From Rhodocyclaceae bacterium (GTDB lineage: Bacteria; Pseudomonadota; Gammaproteobacteria; Burkholderiales; Rhodocyclaceae), in contig JAFZMK010000085.1 of the NCBI GenBank assembly GCA_017553285.1, forward strand, positions 1-61,470: DNA of 61,470 bases, written 5' to 3'. Shown one piece after another: positions 29,355-39,156 of this stretch (position 1 is its first letter; every line of letters begins with the position of its first letter). Made by a program: the position numbers and the translations under genes. The notes below the pieces were generated by a model. The model was not told the DNA's origin and ran no database searches. It worked only from the letters and a program-made list of their open reading frames with translations.

Positions 29355-31943
29355 TCAATCTGCGTTGTCGGGCGGTGCAATGTCTTCGTCGGATTCGTCG
29401 GATTCGTCAGATTCGGCGACCAGTTCCACGCCGGCGAGCACCGCACCTTCGTCCAGATTGATGAGCGTGACGCCTTGCGTGGAACGACCCATCTCGCGGA
29501 TGTCGCTCACGTGCGTGCGAATCAGCACGCCGCTGGTGGAAATCAGCATGATTTCGGCGCTTTCTTCCACCAGACAGGCAGCGACCAGGCGGCCATTGCG
29601 CTCGCTGGTCTGGATGGCAATCATGCCCTTGGTGCCACGACCGTGGCGGGTGTATTCAGCCACCGGCGTGCGTTTGCCGTAGCCGTTTTCGGTGGCGGTG
29701 AGCACCGAGCCGCTGTCATCCTGTGTCACCAGCATGGCAATGACGCTTTGCCCGTCTTCAATGTTCATGCCGCGCACGCCGCGCGAGCTGCGCCCCATCG
29801 GGCGCACGTCGCTTTCGGGGAAGCGCACCGCCTTGCCGGCGTCGGAAAAGAGCATCACGTCGTGACTGCCGTCGGTGATGGCGACACCGATGAGGTGGTC
29901 ATCGTCATCCAGGTGTGCGGCGATGATGCCCGCCTTGCGCGGGTTGGCAAAGGCGGTCAGCGCGGTTTTCTTCACCGTGCCTTGCGCCGTGGCCATGAAG
30001 ACGTAGTGGTTGTCGTCAAACGTGCGCACCGGCAGCACGGCGGTGATTTTTTCGCCTTCGATCAACGGGAAAAGGTTGATGATCGGCTTGCCCCGTGCGT
30101 TGCGCGCGCCTTCGGGCACTTCATAGACTTTCAGCCAATAGACGCGGCCACGGTTGGAGAAACACAGGATGCAGTCGTGTGTGTTGGCGATGAAAAGCTG
30201 GTCGATGAAATCGTCATCCTTCATGCCGGTGGCCTGCTTGCCGCGCCCGCCACGGCGCTGGGCGCGGTAATCGGCCAGCGGCTGGCGCTTGAAGTAGCCC
30301 GTGTGCGAGAGGGTGACAACCATGTCTTCGGGCGTAATCAGGTCTTCGATGTTGATGTCGGCAGTATCGAAGACGACCTCGGAACGGCGCGGGTCGCCAA
30401 ACTGCTGGCGCACCGCGCGCAGCTCGTCGGAAATAATGGCAGTGACCCGTTCGGGACGGGCGAGGATGTCGAGCAAGTCGCTGATGAGGTCGATGACTTC
30501 GCGGTATTCGGTGAGGATTTTGTCCTGCTCCAGCCCGGTGAGCCGTTGCAGGCGCAATTCCAGAATCGCGTGCGCCTGCGCTTCGGACAGGCGATAGCCC
30601 TGCGCGGATAGCCCCAGTTCGGGCGCGATGCCTTCGGGGCGGAAACTGTCCGCCGCCGCGCGGTTGAGCATTTCTTCGACCAGCGGCGAGCGCCACAGCC
30701 GCGCCAGCAATGCCGCGCGCGCCTCGGCAGGCGTGGGCGCGGCCTTGATCAGGGCGATGACCTCATCGACGTTGGACAACGCCACCGCCAGCCCTTCCAG
30801 CACGTGACCGCGTTCGCGCGCGCGGCGCAGTTCATAGATGGTGCGGCGGGTGACGACTTCGCGGCGGTGCGACAGGAAGCATTCCAGCAACTGCTTCAGC
30901 CCCAGCGTGCGCGGCTTGCCATTGACCAGCGCCACCATGTTCATGCCAAAGGTGTCTTGCAGTTGCGTTTGCTTGAAGAGATTGTTGAGCACGACATCGG
31001 GCACTTCGCCCTGTTTCAGCTCAATGACCAGCCGCATCCCGGACTTGTCGCTTTCGTCCTGCACATGGCTGATGCCTTCGATTTTTTTGTCCCGCACCAG
31101 TTCGACAATGCGCTCATGCAGCGATTTTTTGTTGACCTGGTAGGGAATTTCATCCACAACAATGGCTTGGCGCCCGTTGCTGTTGGCAATGTCTTCAATA
31201 TGCGTGCGCGCGCGCATCACCACGCGCCCGCGCCCGGTGCGGTAACCTTCGCGCACGCCGGAAAGACCGTAAATCAGACCACCAGTGGGGAAATCCGGTG
31301 CCTGGATGATGGCAAACAATTCTTCCAGCGGCGTCTCAGGCGCTTCCAGCAGGCGCAGGCAGGCATCGACCACTTCGTTCAGGTTGTGTGGCGGAATGTT
31401 CGTCGCCATGCCCACGGCAATGCCGGAAGAACCATTGACCAGCAGATTCGGAATCACCGAAGGCAGCACTACCGGCTCTTGCTCGGAACCATCGTAGTTG
31501 GGTTGAAAATCAACGGTTTCCTTGTCGATGTCGGCGAGCATCTGATGGCCGATGCGCGCCATGCGCACTTCGGTGTAACGCATCGCCGCCGGCGGGTCGC
31601 CATCGACCGAACCGAAGTTGCCTTGCCCGTCGACCAGCATGTAGCGCAGCGAAAACGGCTGCGCCAGGCGCACGATGGTGTCGTAGATGGAAGCGTCGCC
31701 GTGCGGGTGATATTTCCCCATCACGTCGCCCACGATGCGCGCACTTTTCTTGAAGGGCTTGTTCCAGTCGTTGCCCTGTTCGTGCATCCCGAAGAGTACG
31801 CGCCGGTGTACCGGCTTCAGACCATCGCGTGCATCTGGCAGCGCCCGTCCGACGATTACGCTCATTGCGTAATCCAGGTAAGAATGGCGCATCTCGTCTT
31901 CCAGACTGACGGGCAGGGTTTCGCGGGCGAAGGGAGAACTCAT
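29355..31943 (-). CDS. gyrA: DNA gyrase subunit A
   Basis: ATG at 31943. [31 protein letters not shown]...[11 protein letters not shown]. Acidic tail [19 protein letters not shown]. Confidence 0.97.
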   Translation of the reverse strand: MSSPFARETLPVSLEDEMRHSYLDYAMSVIVGRALPDARDGLKPVHRRVLFGMHEQGNDWNKPFKKSARIVGDVMGKYHPHGDASIYDTIVRLAQPFSLRYMLVDGQGNFGSVDGDPPAAMRYTEVRMARIGHQMLADIDKETVDFQPNYDGSEQEPVVLPSVIPNLLVNGSSGIAVGMATNIPPHNLNEVVDACLRLLEAPETPLEELFAIIQAPDFPTGGLIYGLSGVREGYRTGRGRVVMRARTHIEDIANSNGRQAIVVDEIPYQVNKKSLHERIVELVRDKKIEGISHVQDESDKSGMRLVIELKQGEVPDVVLNNLFKQTQLQDTFGMNMVALVNGKPRTLGLKQLLECFLSHRREVVTRRTIYELRRARERGHVLEGLAVALSNVDEVIALIKAAPTPAEARAALLARLWRSPLVEEMLNRAAADSFRPEGIAPELGLSAQGYRLSEAQAHAILELRLQRLTGLEQDKILTEYREVIDLISDLLDILARPERVTAIISDELRAVRQQFGDPRRSEVVFDTADINIEDLITPEDMVVTLSHTGYFKRQPLADYRAQRRGGRGKQATGMKDDDFIDQLFIANTHDCILCFSNRGRVYWLKVYEVPEGARNARGKPIINLFPLIEGEKITAVLPVRTFDDNHYVFMATAQGTVKKTALTAFANPRKAGIIAAHLDDDDHLIGVAITDGSHDVMLFSDAGKAVRFPESDVRPMGRSSRGVRGMNIEDGQSVIAMLVTQDDSGSVLTATENGYGKRTPVAEYTRHGRGTKGMIAIQTSERNGRLVAACLVEESAEIMLISTSGVLIRTHVSDIREMGRSTQGVTLINLDEGAVLAGVELVAESDESDESDEDIAPPDNAD

Positions 31944-32088
31944 GACTTCAGGAAACAAACGGAAAAACTGTGTGAGAATACCACGGACCGGCGAACTGCC
32001 CCAAGATTGAGCGTGCGCGAGCGCAAACTTTGCAAACGCATCACAAAGGGGGCGTTTTCGCGCTTTGGGTGCCGTTGTTGCGTGCCTG

Positions 32089-32118
32089 TTGCAAAGCGGC
32101 AACAAAATGCGGGATAAT
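32089..32118 (+). promoter_or_regulatory. Candidate sigma70-type promoter for the OmpA-family gene
   Basis: TTGCAA (32089-32094), 18-nt spacer, GATAAT (32113-32118). This would leave a leader of roughly 135 nt before the ATG at 32259. Pattern match only. Confidence 0.35.
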
Positions 32119-32258
32119 CCGGTGCATAAAGCGCGGACATGTTTGGCATTGCCAGGCTAATCGTGCGAAGGTTTCACCAAGCGGACTTTCCTAGCTGCAA
32201 AGCTTCAGGTCCAGCGGTTTCGTTTCAACTTTTGGAACTTCCCTACGACGAGGAAAAT

Positions 32259-32972
32259 ATGATCAAACACACCAAGAAACACCTGATGCTGCTGGCTTTT
32301 GCCGCGGCTGGCCTGTCTGCTTCCGCCGTTCAGGCTGCTGACGCCGTGACCGATATCGTCGTCAATCCTGCCGGCGAAATTCCCTATGTCATCGATGCCC
32401 GCAACGTGGTTGCCCGCAGCGACTTTGGTCTGTGCTGGCGCACGGGCTACTGGACGCCGGCTGCCGCCGAGCAAGCGCTGGCGGACAATGATCTGCCGGT
32501 CGGCTGCGCCTGCGACGGCGACGTGATTGAAGCCGCCAAGTGCGCGCCGCCTGCTGCCGAGACGCCTGCTGCGCCCCCGGCAGTTGCCCAGAAGATCAAG
32601 CTCTCTGCTGACGCCCTGTTCGACTTCGACAAGGCTGTCCTGAAGCCCACCGGCAAACAAATGCTCGACGAGCTGGCGACCAAGCTGGATCAAATCAATC
32701 TGGAAGTGATTCTGGCTGTTGGTCACACCGACCGCATCGGTTCGGCTGCCTACAACCAGCGTCTGTCCGAGCGTCGCGCTGCCGCCGTCAAGACCTATCT
32801 GGCGAACAAAGGCGTTCCCAGCCAAGCGATCTACACCGAAGGCAAGGGCAAAACCCAGCCTGTCACTGGCGACAAGTGCAACGGCATCAAGAACCGCAAG
32901 GCTCTGATCTCCTGCCTGCAACCGGATCGTCGCGTCGAAATCGAAGTGATCGGTACCACCAAAGGTCAATAA
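32259..32972 (+). CDS. OmpA-family (OmpA_C-like peptidoglycan-binding) outer-membrane protein
   Basis: Signal peptide MIKHTKKHLMLLAFAAAGLSASAVQA. C-terminal FDFDKAVLKP...LAVGHTDRIGSAAYNQRLSERRAAAVKTYL. GAGGAAAA lies upstream. Confidence 0.85.
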   Translation: MIKHTKKHLMLLAFAAAGLSASAVQAADAVTDIVVNPAGEIPYVIDARNVVARSDFGLCWRTGYWTPAAAEQALADNDLPVGCACDGDVIEAAKCAPPAAETPAAPPAVAQKIKLSADALFDFDKAVLKPTGKQMLDELATKLDQINLEVILAVGHTDRIGSAAYNQRLSERRAAAVKTYLANKGVPSQAIYTEGKGKTQPVTGDKCNGIKNRKALISCLQPDRRVEIEVIGTTKGQ

Positions 32973-32997
32973 GCATCACTTTCGCAAAAACGCAAAA

Positions 32998-33024
32998 GCC
33001 CTGCCTCGCGCAGGGCTTTTTTTT
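32998..33024 (+). terminator. Rho-independent terminator after the OmpA-family gene
   Basis: gccctgc / gcagggc stem with loop ctcgc, followed by T8. Confidence 0.8.
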
Positions 33025-33129
33025 GCCGTTCACGGGGGGCGCGCGGCGGGGGCAATGCGAAAAACGGGTGAAGCGGGCAGTGAACGTTAGAATGCGCGCT
33101 TTACAGAACTTTTCCGTTGCCCGTCTGCC

Positions 33130-33840
33130 ATGAGCGAACACAACACCAACGTCGATTTTGCGGAAATCCAGAAATTCAGCGAACTGGCGCATCACTGGTG
33201 GGATGAAACCTCCGAATTTGCGCCGCTGCACCGCATCAATCCGCTGCGTCTGGACTGGATTGACCGCTATGCGCAGATTGCTGGCAAGAATGTGCTGGAT
33301 ATTGGTTGCGGCGGCGGCATTTTGGCGGAGAGCATGGCGGCGCGCGGCGCTTGCGTCACCGGCATTGACCTGTCCGAAGAGGCGCTGACGGTCGCCCGTC
33401 TGCATTTGCTGGAGACGGGGCGCGAGGTTTCTTACCAGCAAATCAGCGCGGAAGAGCACGCGGCGGCGCACCCTGCTGGTTACGACGTGGTCACCTGCAT
33501 GGAAATGCTCGAACACGTGCCCGATCCCGCCAGCATCGTGCGTTCGGCAGCAACGCTGGTCAAGCCCGGCGGGCAGGTGTTTTTTTCCACGCTGAACCGC
33601 AACCGCAAGGCATGGCTGTTTGCCATTGTGGGCGCCGAGCGCATCCTGAAGCTGCTGCCGCGCGGCACGCACGAGTATTCGCGTTTTCTCAAACCCTCGG
33701 AGCTGGCGCGTTTTTGCCGCGATGCCGGTTTGCAGGTGGAAGAAATCATTGGTCTGACCTACAACCCGCTGACGCGCATCTATGCGCTCTCGTCCGATAC
33801 CGACGTGAATTATTTGATTCGCACGCGCCGCGCCGCTTGA
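33130..33840 (+). CDS. ubiG: Ubiquinone biosynthesis O-methyltransferase
   Basis: [10 protein letters not shown]....F.PLH.INPLRL.WI...[13 protein letters not shown]...[11 protein letters not shown]. Confidence 0.92.
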   Translation: MSEHNTNVDFAEIQKFSELAHHWWDETSEFAPLHRINPLRLDWIDRYAQIAGKNVLDIGCGGGILAESMAARGACVTGIDLSEEALTVARLHLLETGREVSYQQISAEEHAAAHPAGYDVVTCMEMLEHVPDPASIVRSAATLVKPGGQVFFSTLNRNRKAWLFAIVGAERILKLLPRGTHEYSRFLKPSELARFCRDAGLQVEEIIGLTYNPLTRIYALSSDTDVNYLIRTRRAA

Positions 33841-33855
33841 GAGGAGCACCCGTCC

Positions 33856-34452
33856 ATGCTGACCACGGAAAGCATTCTTCTGCTTGTTTTTGTCCTCGCG
33901 CTGCTGGGCTATGGCCTGCTGATTTATAGGCGCCTCGTTTCGCTGCGCAAGCAATCCCAGCACGCTTATGCGCTGGTCGACCTGCACTTGCAGCACCGTT
34001 ACGGTCTGGTTGCCAAGATTGTGGAGGCGGCGCGGCAGCATCTGGCGCAGGAACAGGAATTGCCGGAAAACGTGCTTTCCGCGCGCACGCAGGCGCAGAC
34101 GGCGGCGCGCACGGTGGCGATGGACCCCGCCAACAGCGGCGCACTGGCTTTTCTGGCGGGCGCAGAGCATTTGCTGCAAGGGGCGCTGGCGCAGTTGTTT
34201 GCGCGGCTGCAAAGCGCACCGCAGTGGCAGGCGGACGAGCAGGCAGCGCAGTTGCGCCAAAATCTGGCGAGCACGGACGAGGCAATCCGCGCCGCGCAGC
34301 AGGCGTTTAACGACGTGGTGATGCGCTACAACGCGCGCTGCGAGGCCTTTCCCGATGCGCTGGTGGCGGGGCGTTTCGGCTTTGAGACGGCGAGTTTGCT
34401 GGTGCTGACGGATGTGCAAACCAGCGCCCCGGCGCCCGCCGGGTCTGCCTGA
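33856..34452 (+). CDS. LemA family protein
   Basis: N-terminal TM helix, then YRRLVSLRKQSQHAYALVDLHLQHRYGLV...AFNDVVMRYNARCEAFPDALVAGRFGF. GAGGAG lies upstream. Confidence 0.8.
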   Translation: MLTTESILLLVFVLALLGYGLLIYRRLVSLRKQSQHAYALVDLHLQHRYGLVAKIVEAARQHLAQEQELPENVLSARTQAQTAARTVAMDPANSGALAFLAGAEHLLQGALAQLFARLQSAPQWQADEQAAQLRQNLASTDEAIRAAQQAFNDVVMRYNARCEAFPDALVAGRFGFETASLLVLTDVQTSAPAPAGSA

Positions 34453-34491
34453 ACGCTCCCCGCAGGCACAGGATTGCGCAAGGGAAAAACG

Positions 34492-35268
34492 ATGCTGCGC
34501 GACGAGTGGCGCTTGTTCTGGCTGGCGGTGGTGTATTTCACGCGCCTGCCCGCGCCGCGCGCGCTGGCGCTGGGCGAAGTGCCGCCAGAGCGGGCGATTC
34601 GCTATTTTCCGCTTGCTGGTGCGCTGGCGGCCTTGCCGGCGGCGGCGTTGCTGGTGGTGGCGGCACAGTGCTGGTCGCCGTGGATTGCGGCGGCGCTGGC
34701 GCTGGCGGCGCTGGCGTGGCTGACCGGTGCGCTGCACGAAGACGGGCTGGCGGATACCTTTGACGGTCTGGGCGGCGGGCGGGATGCCGCTTCCCGGCTG
34801 GAAATCATGCGCGATTCGCGGCTGGGCAGTTTTGGCGCGCTGGCTTTGGTGCTGACGCTGTTGCTGAAAGCGGCGGCGCTGGCGCAGTTGTTGGGGCAGG
34901 GCGCGCTGTGGGCAGCGGCGCTGTGGTGGGCGGTGCAAGGAATTTCGCGCGCCTTGGCGGCAGCGCTGATGCTGGCGCTGCCCTATGCGCGGGCGGGACA
35001 GACGGGGAAAGTGACGGCTGTGGCGCGCTCGCTGCGCCGTAGCGATGGCGGCTGTGCGCTGGCGGCGGGTGCTCTGTTCTGGTTATTGCTGGCAGCGCTG
35101 GCGTGGCCGTGGCGGGCGCTGGTGGCGCTGGCGGTGTTGGCGCTGCTGTATGCGGTGTGGCGGCGTGTGTTGCGTGCGCGTCTGGGCGGGTATACGGGTG
35201 ACGCGCTCGGTGCCGCGCAGCAAGTGGCGGAGTTGGCGCTGTTGCTGGTGCTGGCGGCGGGGGCGTGA
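34492..35268 (+). CDS. cobS: Adenosylcobinamide-GDP ribazoletransferase (cobalamin 5'-phosphate synthase)
   Basis: ATG at 34492 (the track start at 34474 is a TTG). FTRLP...RYFPLAG...TGALHEDGLADTFDGLGGG...LEIMRDSRLGSFG. Confidence 0.85.
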   Translation: MLRDEWRLFWLAVVYFTRLPAPRALALGEVPPERAIRYFPLAGALAALPAAALLVVAAQCWSPWIAAALALAALAWLTGALHEDGLADTFDGLGGGRDAASRLEIMRDSRLGSFGALALVLTLLLKAAALAQLLGQGALWAAALWWAVQGISRALAAALMLALPYARAGQTGKVTAVARSLRRSDGGCALAAGALFWLLLAALAWPWRALVALAVLALLYAVWRRVLRARLGGYTGDALGAAQQVAELALLLVLAAGA

Positions 35269-35269
35269 A

Positions 35270-35824
35270 ATGCAGCAGGTGTATCTGATTCGGCATCCGC
35301 GCCCGCAGGTGGCGCCGGGCGTGTGTTACGGGCGCACGGATGTGGCGCTGGCGGAAGATGCGCAGACGGTGGCGGCGCGGCTGCGCCCATTGTTGCCGGA
35401 GCGCTTTGCGCTCTACGCCAGCCCCTTGCAGCGGGCGTGGCGGCTGGCGTGCGCGCTGGGCGAGCCGGTGGCGGACGCGCGTTTGCAGGAAATGGATTTT
35501 GGCGACTGGGAAATGCGTCATTACGACGACATTGGCGCGGCGGCTTGGGCAGATTGGCAAGCTGACCCGTTGCATTTTTGCGCCCCCGGCGGTGAATCAT
35601 TGGCGCAAATGGCGGCGCGGGTGATGGCGTGGTGGCAAGAAGTACACACCAGTGGGGCAGAAAACATCGTTGTCGTAGCGCATGGCGGGCCATTGCGTGC
35701 ATGGCTCGGCACACAACTCGAGATTGTGTCAAAATATTGGCTTTCGCTGGATTTTGAATGTGGCGCGTGTTCGCGCGTAGACGTACATAAATGGGGTGTG
35801 TCGCTGCGATGGATGAATCGTTGA
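35270..35824 (+). CDS. cobC: Histidine phosphatase family protein, probably alpha-ribazole phosphatase by context
   Basis: ATG at 35270, 1 nt after the cobS stop. VYLIRHPRP...GRTD and VVAHGGPLRA motifs. The functional call rests on adjacency to cobS. Confidence 0.6.
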   Translation: MQQVYLIRHPRPQVAPGVCYGRTDVALAEDAQTVAARLRPLLPERFALYASPLQRAWRLACALGEPVADARLQEMDFGDWEMRHYDDIGAAAWADWQADPLHFCAPGGESLAQMAARVMAWWQEVHTSGAENIVVVAHGGPLRAWLGTQLEIVSKYWLSLDFECGACSRVDVHKWGVSLRWMNR

Positions 35825-36774
35825 AAACGCAAAACCCGGACGCGGCGCCCGTACTTTGGTTGGTGGCCGACGATCGCCCTGGTCACCGCAATCAATTGGC
35901 GGGCGTAGCCAACTGGCTGCGCGAACTGGCGGGCGTGCGCTGTGAATGGCTGCCGGCGCCAACTTCCCGCCTGCGCGCGATGCTGTGGTGTTTGCTGCAC
36001 CGCTTCCCGCCGGGGGAAGGCAAACCTGCGCCGAACTGGATTCTGGTGGCGGGGCAGCGCACGCACTGGGCGGGCGTGGCGGCGCGGCGCGCGGCAGGTG
36101 GGCGTCTGGTGGTGTTGATGCGCCCGTCGCTGCCGTATAGCTGGTTTGACCTGTGCTGTGTGCCGCAACACGATGAACCGCCCACGCGCCCCAATGTGCT
36201 GCCCACGCTGGGCGTGGCCAATGCCGTGCGGGCACCCAGTTCGCGCAAACCGGGCAAGGTGTTGATTTTGCTCGGCGGCCCTTCGCGTCATCATGGCTGG
36301 GATACGGCAGCGGTGACGGCACAGGTGTGTGAGATCGTGCGCCGCACGCCGAATTTGCATTTCACCATCGCCGATTCGCGCCGCACGCCGCCGCAGGCGT
36401 TGAGCACGGTGTGCGCGGCGGCGAAAACCTGGGCCAGCGGCGGGCTGGAAGCGATGCCGGTTGATCAAGCGCCCAAGGGCTGGCTGGTCGATACCTTGGC
36501 GACGACCGCCACGGTGTGGGTGACGGCAGACAGCGTCTCCATGCTCTACGAGGCGGCCACCGCTGGTGCGGCGGTGGGCGTGCTTTCCGTGCCGATGCGC
36601 CGGCGCGGGCGCAAGCGTGCGCTGCGCGCGCAAGAGCTGGCGACCGAAGTCGGGCTGGCGACCACCTTTGCGCGCTGGCGCAAGGCGCACAAATTGCCGC
36701 AGCCGGCTTTCCCGCTGCAAGAAGCGCAGCGCATTGCGCAGGCGCTGCTGATGCGCTTTCCGGACCGCGATTGA
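35809..36774 (+). CDS. ELM1/DUF1022-like putative glycosyltransferase
   Basis: LWLVADDRPGHRNQLAGVANWL...ILLGGPSRHH...VTADSVSMLYEA resembles the 'mitochondrial fission ELM1' family, recalled from memory. Overlaps the end of cobC. Alternative ATG at 35791. Confidence 0.5.
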   Translation: MDESLKTQNPDAAPVLWLVADDRPGHRNQLAGVANWLRELAGVRCEWLPAPTSRLRAMLWCLLHRFPPGEGKPAPNWILVAGQRTHWAGVAARRAAGGRLVVLMRPSLPYSWFDLCCVPQHDEPPTRPNVLPTLGVANAVRAPSSRKPGKVLILLGGPSRHHGWDTAAVTAQVCEIVRRTPNLHFTIADSRRTPPQALSTVCAAAKTWASGGLEAMPVDQAPKGWLVDTLATTATVWVTADSVSMLYEAATAGAAVGVLSVPMRRRGRKRALRAQELATEVGLATTFARWRKAHKLPQPAFPLQEAQRIAQALLMRFPDRD

Positions 36775-36804
36775 TGGGTGCGTGCGCGGGCGCTGGGTCA
36801 CGGC

Positions 36805-37851
36805 ATGATTACGGTCAAACTGCTCAGTAGCCGCCCGCTTGCGGAGTGGCAGCGCTATTTTCCGGACGAAGCCTGCGTGTGGGGCGCGTGCCGTTTTGTC
36901 TTTGCCCGCGAGGCGCGCGATTACGACTGGCTGGTGGTCTATGACGATGTACCGCCGACGGCAGGCGGCGCGCGCGACGATGCTTGCGAACTGCTCGCCT
37001 GCCCGCGTGCGCGCACGGTGCTGGTCACGACCGAGCCGGAATCCATCAAATGTTACGGGCGCGCCTTTGCCGCGCAGTTTGGTCACGTGCTCACCAGCCA
37101 GCCGCGCTGGGCGCTGCCGCATCCGCACCATCACTGGCAGCAGGCGGCGAATCACTGGTTTTACGGCAGCGCGCCCGATGCCTGTCTGGATTACGCGCAG
37201 ATGCAGGCTGGCCCCGATTGGGCGGAAAAACGCGAAACCCTTTCTGTGGTGCATTCGCAAAAATGCCAGTGGCACACGCAGCACGCGCGCCGTTTTGCGT
37301 TCATCGAAGCACTGCGCCGCGCGCTGCCCGAAATGGCCGTGTACGGGCGCGGCTGGCAGCCGTTGGGCGACAAACGCGAGGCGCTGGCACCGTTTCGCTA
37401 TCACCTGGCGGTAGAAAACCACATTGCGCCGCATCACATCACCGAAAAGCTCACCGATGCCTTCCTCGGGCGCTGTTTGCCGTTTTACGCCGGCGCGCCG
37501 AACGCGGCGGACTATTTCCCGGCGGACAGTTTCATTGCCATCGACCTCTACCGCCCGCGCCAGGCCGTCGACATCATCCGCGAAGCCATCGCCAGCCAGC
37601 AATGGGAAAAGCGGCAAGACGCCATCGAAGCGGCGCGTTGCCGCGTGTTGCAGCACGAGCATCTTTTTGCCGTGCTGGAACGGCTGATTGGCGCGCAGCC
37701 GGATGCGGGCACGGGTACGGGCGCGGGCGAAGCCTTGTGGGGGCGGCACGCCTGGCGGCGGCGGCATCGTGCCGGGGCGCTGGCGCACATGGGCGAAAAG
37801 CTCTACGTGCGCGCGCGTGCGATGTGGGCGCGGGGCAGGGCGCGCGTCTGA
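36805..37851 (+). CDS. Glycosyltransferase family 10 (alpha-1,3/4-fucosyltransferase)-like protein
   Basis: FRYHLAVENHIAPHHITEKLTDAFLGRCLPFYAGAPNAADYFPADSFIAI matches the GT10 motif pattern Y.F.L.FEN....Y.TEK..DA....P.Y.G.P.....F...SF. Alternative GTG start at 36778. Confidence 0.65.
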   Translation: MITVKLLSSRPLAEWQRYFPDEACVWGACRFVFAREARDYDWLVVYDDVPPTAGGARDDACELLACPRARTVLVTTEPESIKCYGRAFAAQFGHVLTSQPRWALPHPHHHWQQAANHWFYGSAPDACLDYAQMQAGPDWAEKRETLSVVHSQKCQWHTQHARRFAFIEALRRALPEMAVYGRGWQPLGDKREALAPFRYHLAVENHIAPHHITEKLTDAFLGRCLPFYAGAPNAADYFPADSFIAIDLYRPRQAVDIIREAIASQQWEKRQDAIEAARCRVLQHEHLFAVLERLIGAQPDAGTGTGAGEALWGRHAWRRRHRAGALAHMGEKLYVRARAMWARGRARV

Positions 37852-37941
37852 AACCGGGGCGATGCGAACGCGGTGCGCGCGTTTTTTGCTGCGCTGCGCT
37901 AAAATCGTCGGCTGTGTCTTTTTTTGCTCAGGAGAATTCCC

Positions 37942-38868
37942 ATGTCGATTTCTGACCGCGACGGCTTTATCTGGAAAGACGGCCAACTGGTGCCGTGGCG
38001 TGAAGCGACCACCCACGTGCTGACCCATTCCCTGCACTACGGTCTGGCCGTGTTTGAAGGTTTGCGCGCCTATGCCACCGATCGCGGGCCGGCGATTTTC
38101 CGCCTCAAAGAGCACACCGACCGCCTGTTTAACTCGGCGCACATCTATCGCATGGAAATTCCGTTCGACCGCGAAACCCTGATGGCGGCGCAGTGCGAAG
38201 TGGTGCGTGCCAACCAGTTGAAATCGGGCTACATCCGTCCGATTGCCTTTTATGGTGCGGAAAAAATGGGCATCAGCACGCGCGGCGCGAAAGTGCACGT
38301 GGCGATTGCCGCCTGGCCGTGGGATGCCTATCTGGGCGCGGAAGGGCTGGAAAAGGGCATTCGCGTGAAGACGGCCTCGTATGCCCGTCACCACATCAAC
38401 GTCACCATGGCGCGCGCCAAGTTTGCCGCCACCTACGCCAATTCCATCCTCGCCAATCTGGAAGCCACCGAAGACGGCTATGACGAAGCGCTGCTGCTGG
38501 ATGTGGACGGCTTCGTCGCCGAAGGTTCGGGCGAGAACATCTTCATCGTCAAGGACGGCGTGATTTACGAGCCGGAACTGACTTCCGCGCTGGTCGGCAT
38601 CACCCGCGCCACCATCGTCGCACTGGCGCGCGAACAGGGGCTGGAAGTGCGCTCCAAACGCCTGACGCGCGACGATATTTACATTGCTGACGAAGCCTTC
38701 TTCACCGGCACGGCGGCAGAAATCACGCCGATTCGCGAGCTGGACCGCCGCGTCATCGGCAACGGTGGACGCGGCCCGGTGACGGCGCGCCTGCAAGCGC
38801 GTTATTTTGAAGTCGTCAATGGCCGTGCGCCCGAATACGCGGACTGGCTGAGCTACGTGAACGGCTGA
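37942..38868 (+). CDS. ilvE: Branched-chain amino acid aminotransferase
   Basis: AGGAGA lies upstream of the ATG at 37942. HSLHYGLAVFEGLRAY...YIRP....G...G...AKF.A.Y.NS.LA..EA...GYDEALLLD..G.V.EGSGENIF. Confidence 0.93.
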   Translation: MSISDRDGFIWKDGQLVPWREATTHVLTHSLHYGLAVFEGLRAYATDRGPAIFRLKEHTDRLFNSAHIYRMEIPFDRETLMAAQCEVVRANQLKSGYIRPIAFYGAEKMGISTRGAKVHVAIAAWPWDAYLGAEGLEKGIRVKTASYARHHINVTMARAKFAATYANSILANLEATEDGYDEALLLDVDGFVAEGSGENIFIVKDGVIYEPELTSALVGITRATIVALAREQGLEVRSKRLTRDDIYIADEAFFTGTAAEITPIRELDRRVIGNGGRGPVTARLQARYFEVVNGRAPEYADWLSYVNG

Positions 38869-38882
38869 ACGGAGGCGCGCTG

Positions 38883-39101
38883 ATGGCTACGCAAAGCACC
38901 CGATTCGGCACGCTGCGCATCGTGCGCGAGCAAGACCTGCCGCTGTTTTGCCCGCGCGAAAACGACCCGCTATGGGCGCGCCATCCGCGTGTCTATCTCA
39001 AGCCCGACAGCGAAGGTCGCGCCCGCTGCCCGTATTGCAGTATGCGCTACCAGATGGAAGACACGCTGCCGGACAAGCATGAAAAAGACCACAAACGCTA
39101 A
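38883..39101 (+). CDS. Small zinc-finger (zf-CHCC type) protein
   Basis: 72 aa with LFCP...H...RCPYCSMRY. This is the usual small gene found after ilvE in Betaproteobacteria. Confidence 0.7.
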   Translation: MATQSTRFGTLRIVREQDLPLFCPRENDPLWARHPRVYLKPDSEGRARCPYCSMRYQMEDTLPDKHEKDHKR

Positions 39102-39128
39102 GACACGCGCGCGTTTTGTATTGCCAAA

Positions 39129-39156
39129 CGGCTGCCCGCACCGGCAGCCGTTTTTT
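39129..39156 (+). terminator. Rho-independent terminator after the zinc-finger gene
   Basis: cggctgcc / ggcagccg stem with loop cgcacc, followed by T6. It overlaps the murJ stop on the other strand. Confidence 0.75.

Noticed and set aside
33856-34452. LemA as part of a novel two-gene system
   Set aside because: LemA family genes often pair with TPM/DUF2207-type partners. Here the neighbours are ubiG and cobS with their own clear functions, and no partner-like ORF is present. It is treated as an ordinary orphan LemA.
34453-34491. Cobalamin riboswitch upstream of cobS
   Set aside because: Only about 40 nt separate lemA from cobS, which is far too short for a B12 riboswitch, and I see no B12-box-like element.
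35521-38796. 1091-aa minus-strand ORF opposite the ELM1-like, GT10-like and ilvE genes
   Set aside because: Arg/Ala/His-rich nonsense composition. The opposite strand encodes well-supported proteins (ilvE is unambiguous). GC-driven artefact.
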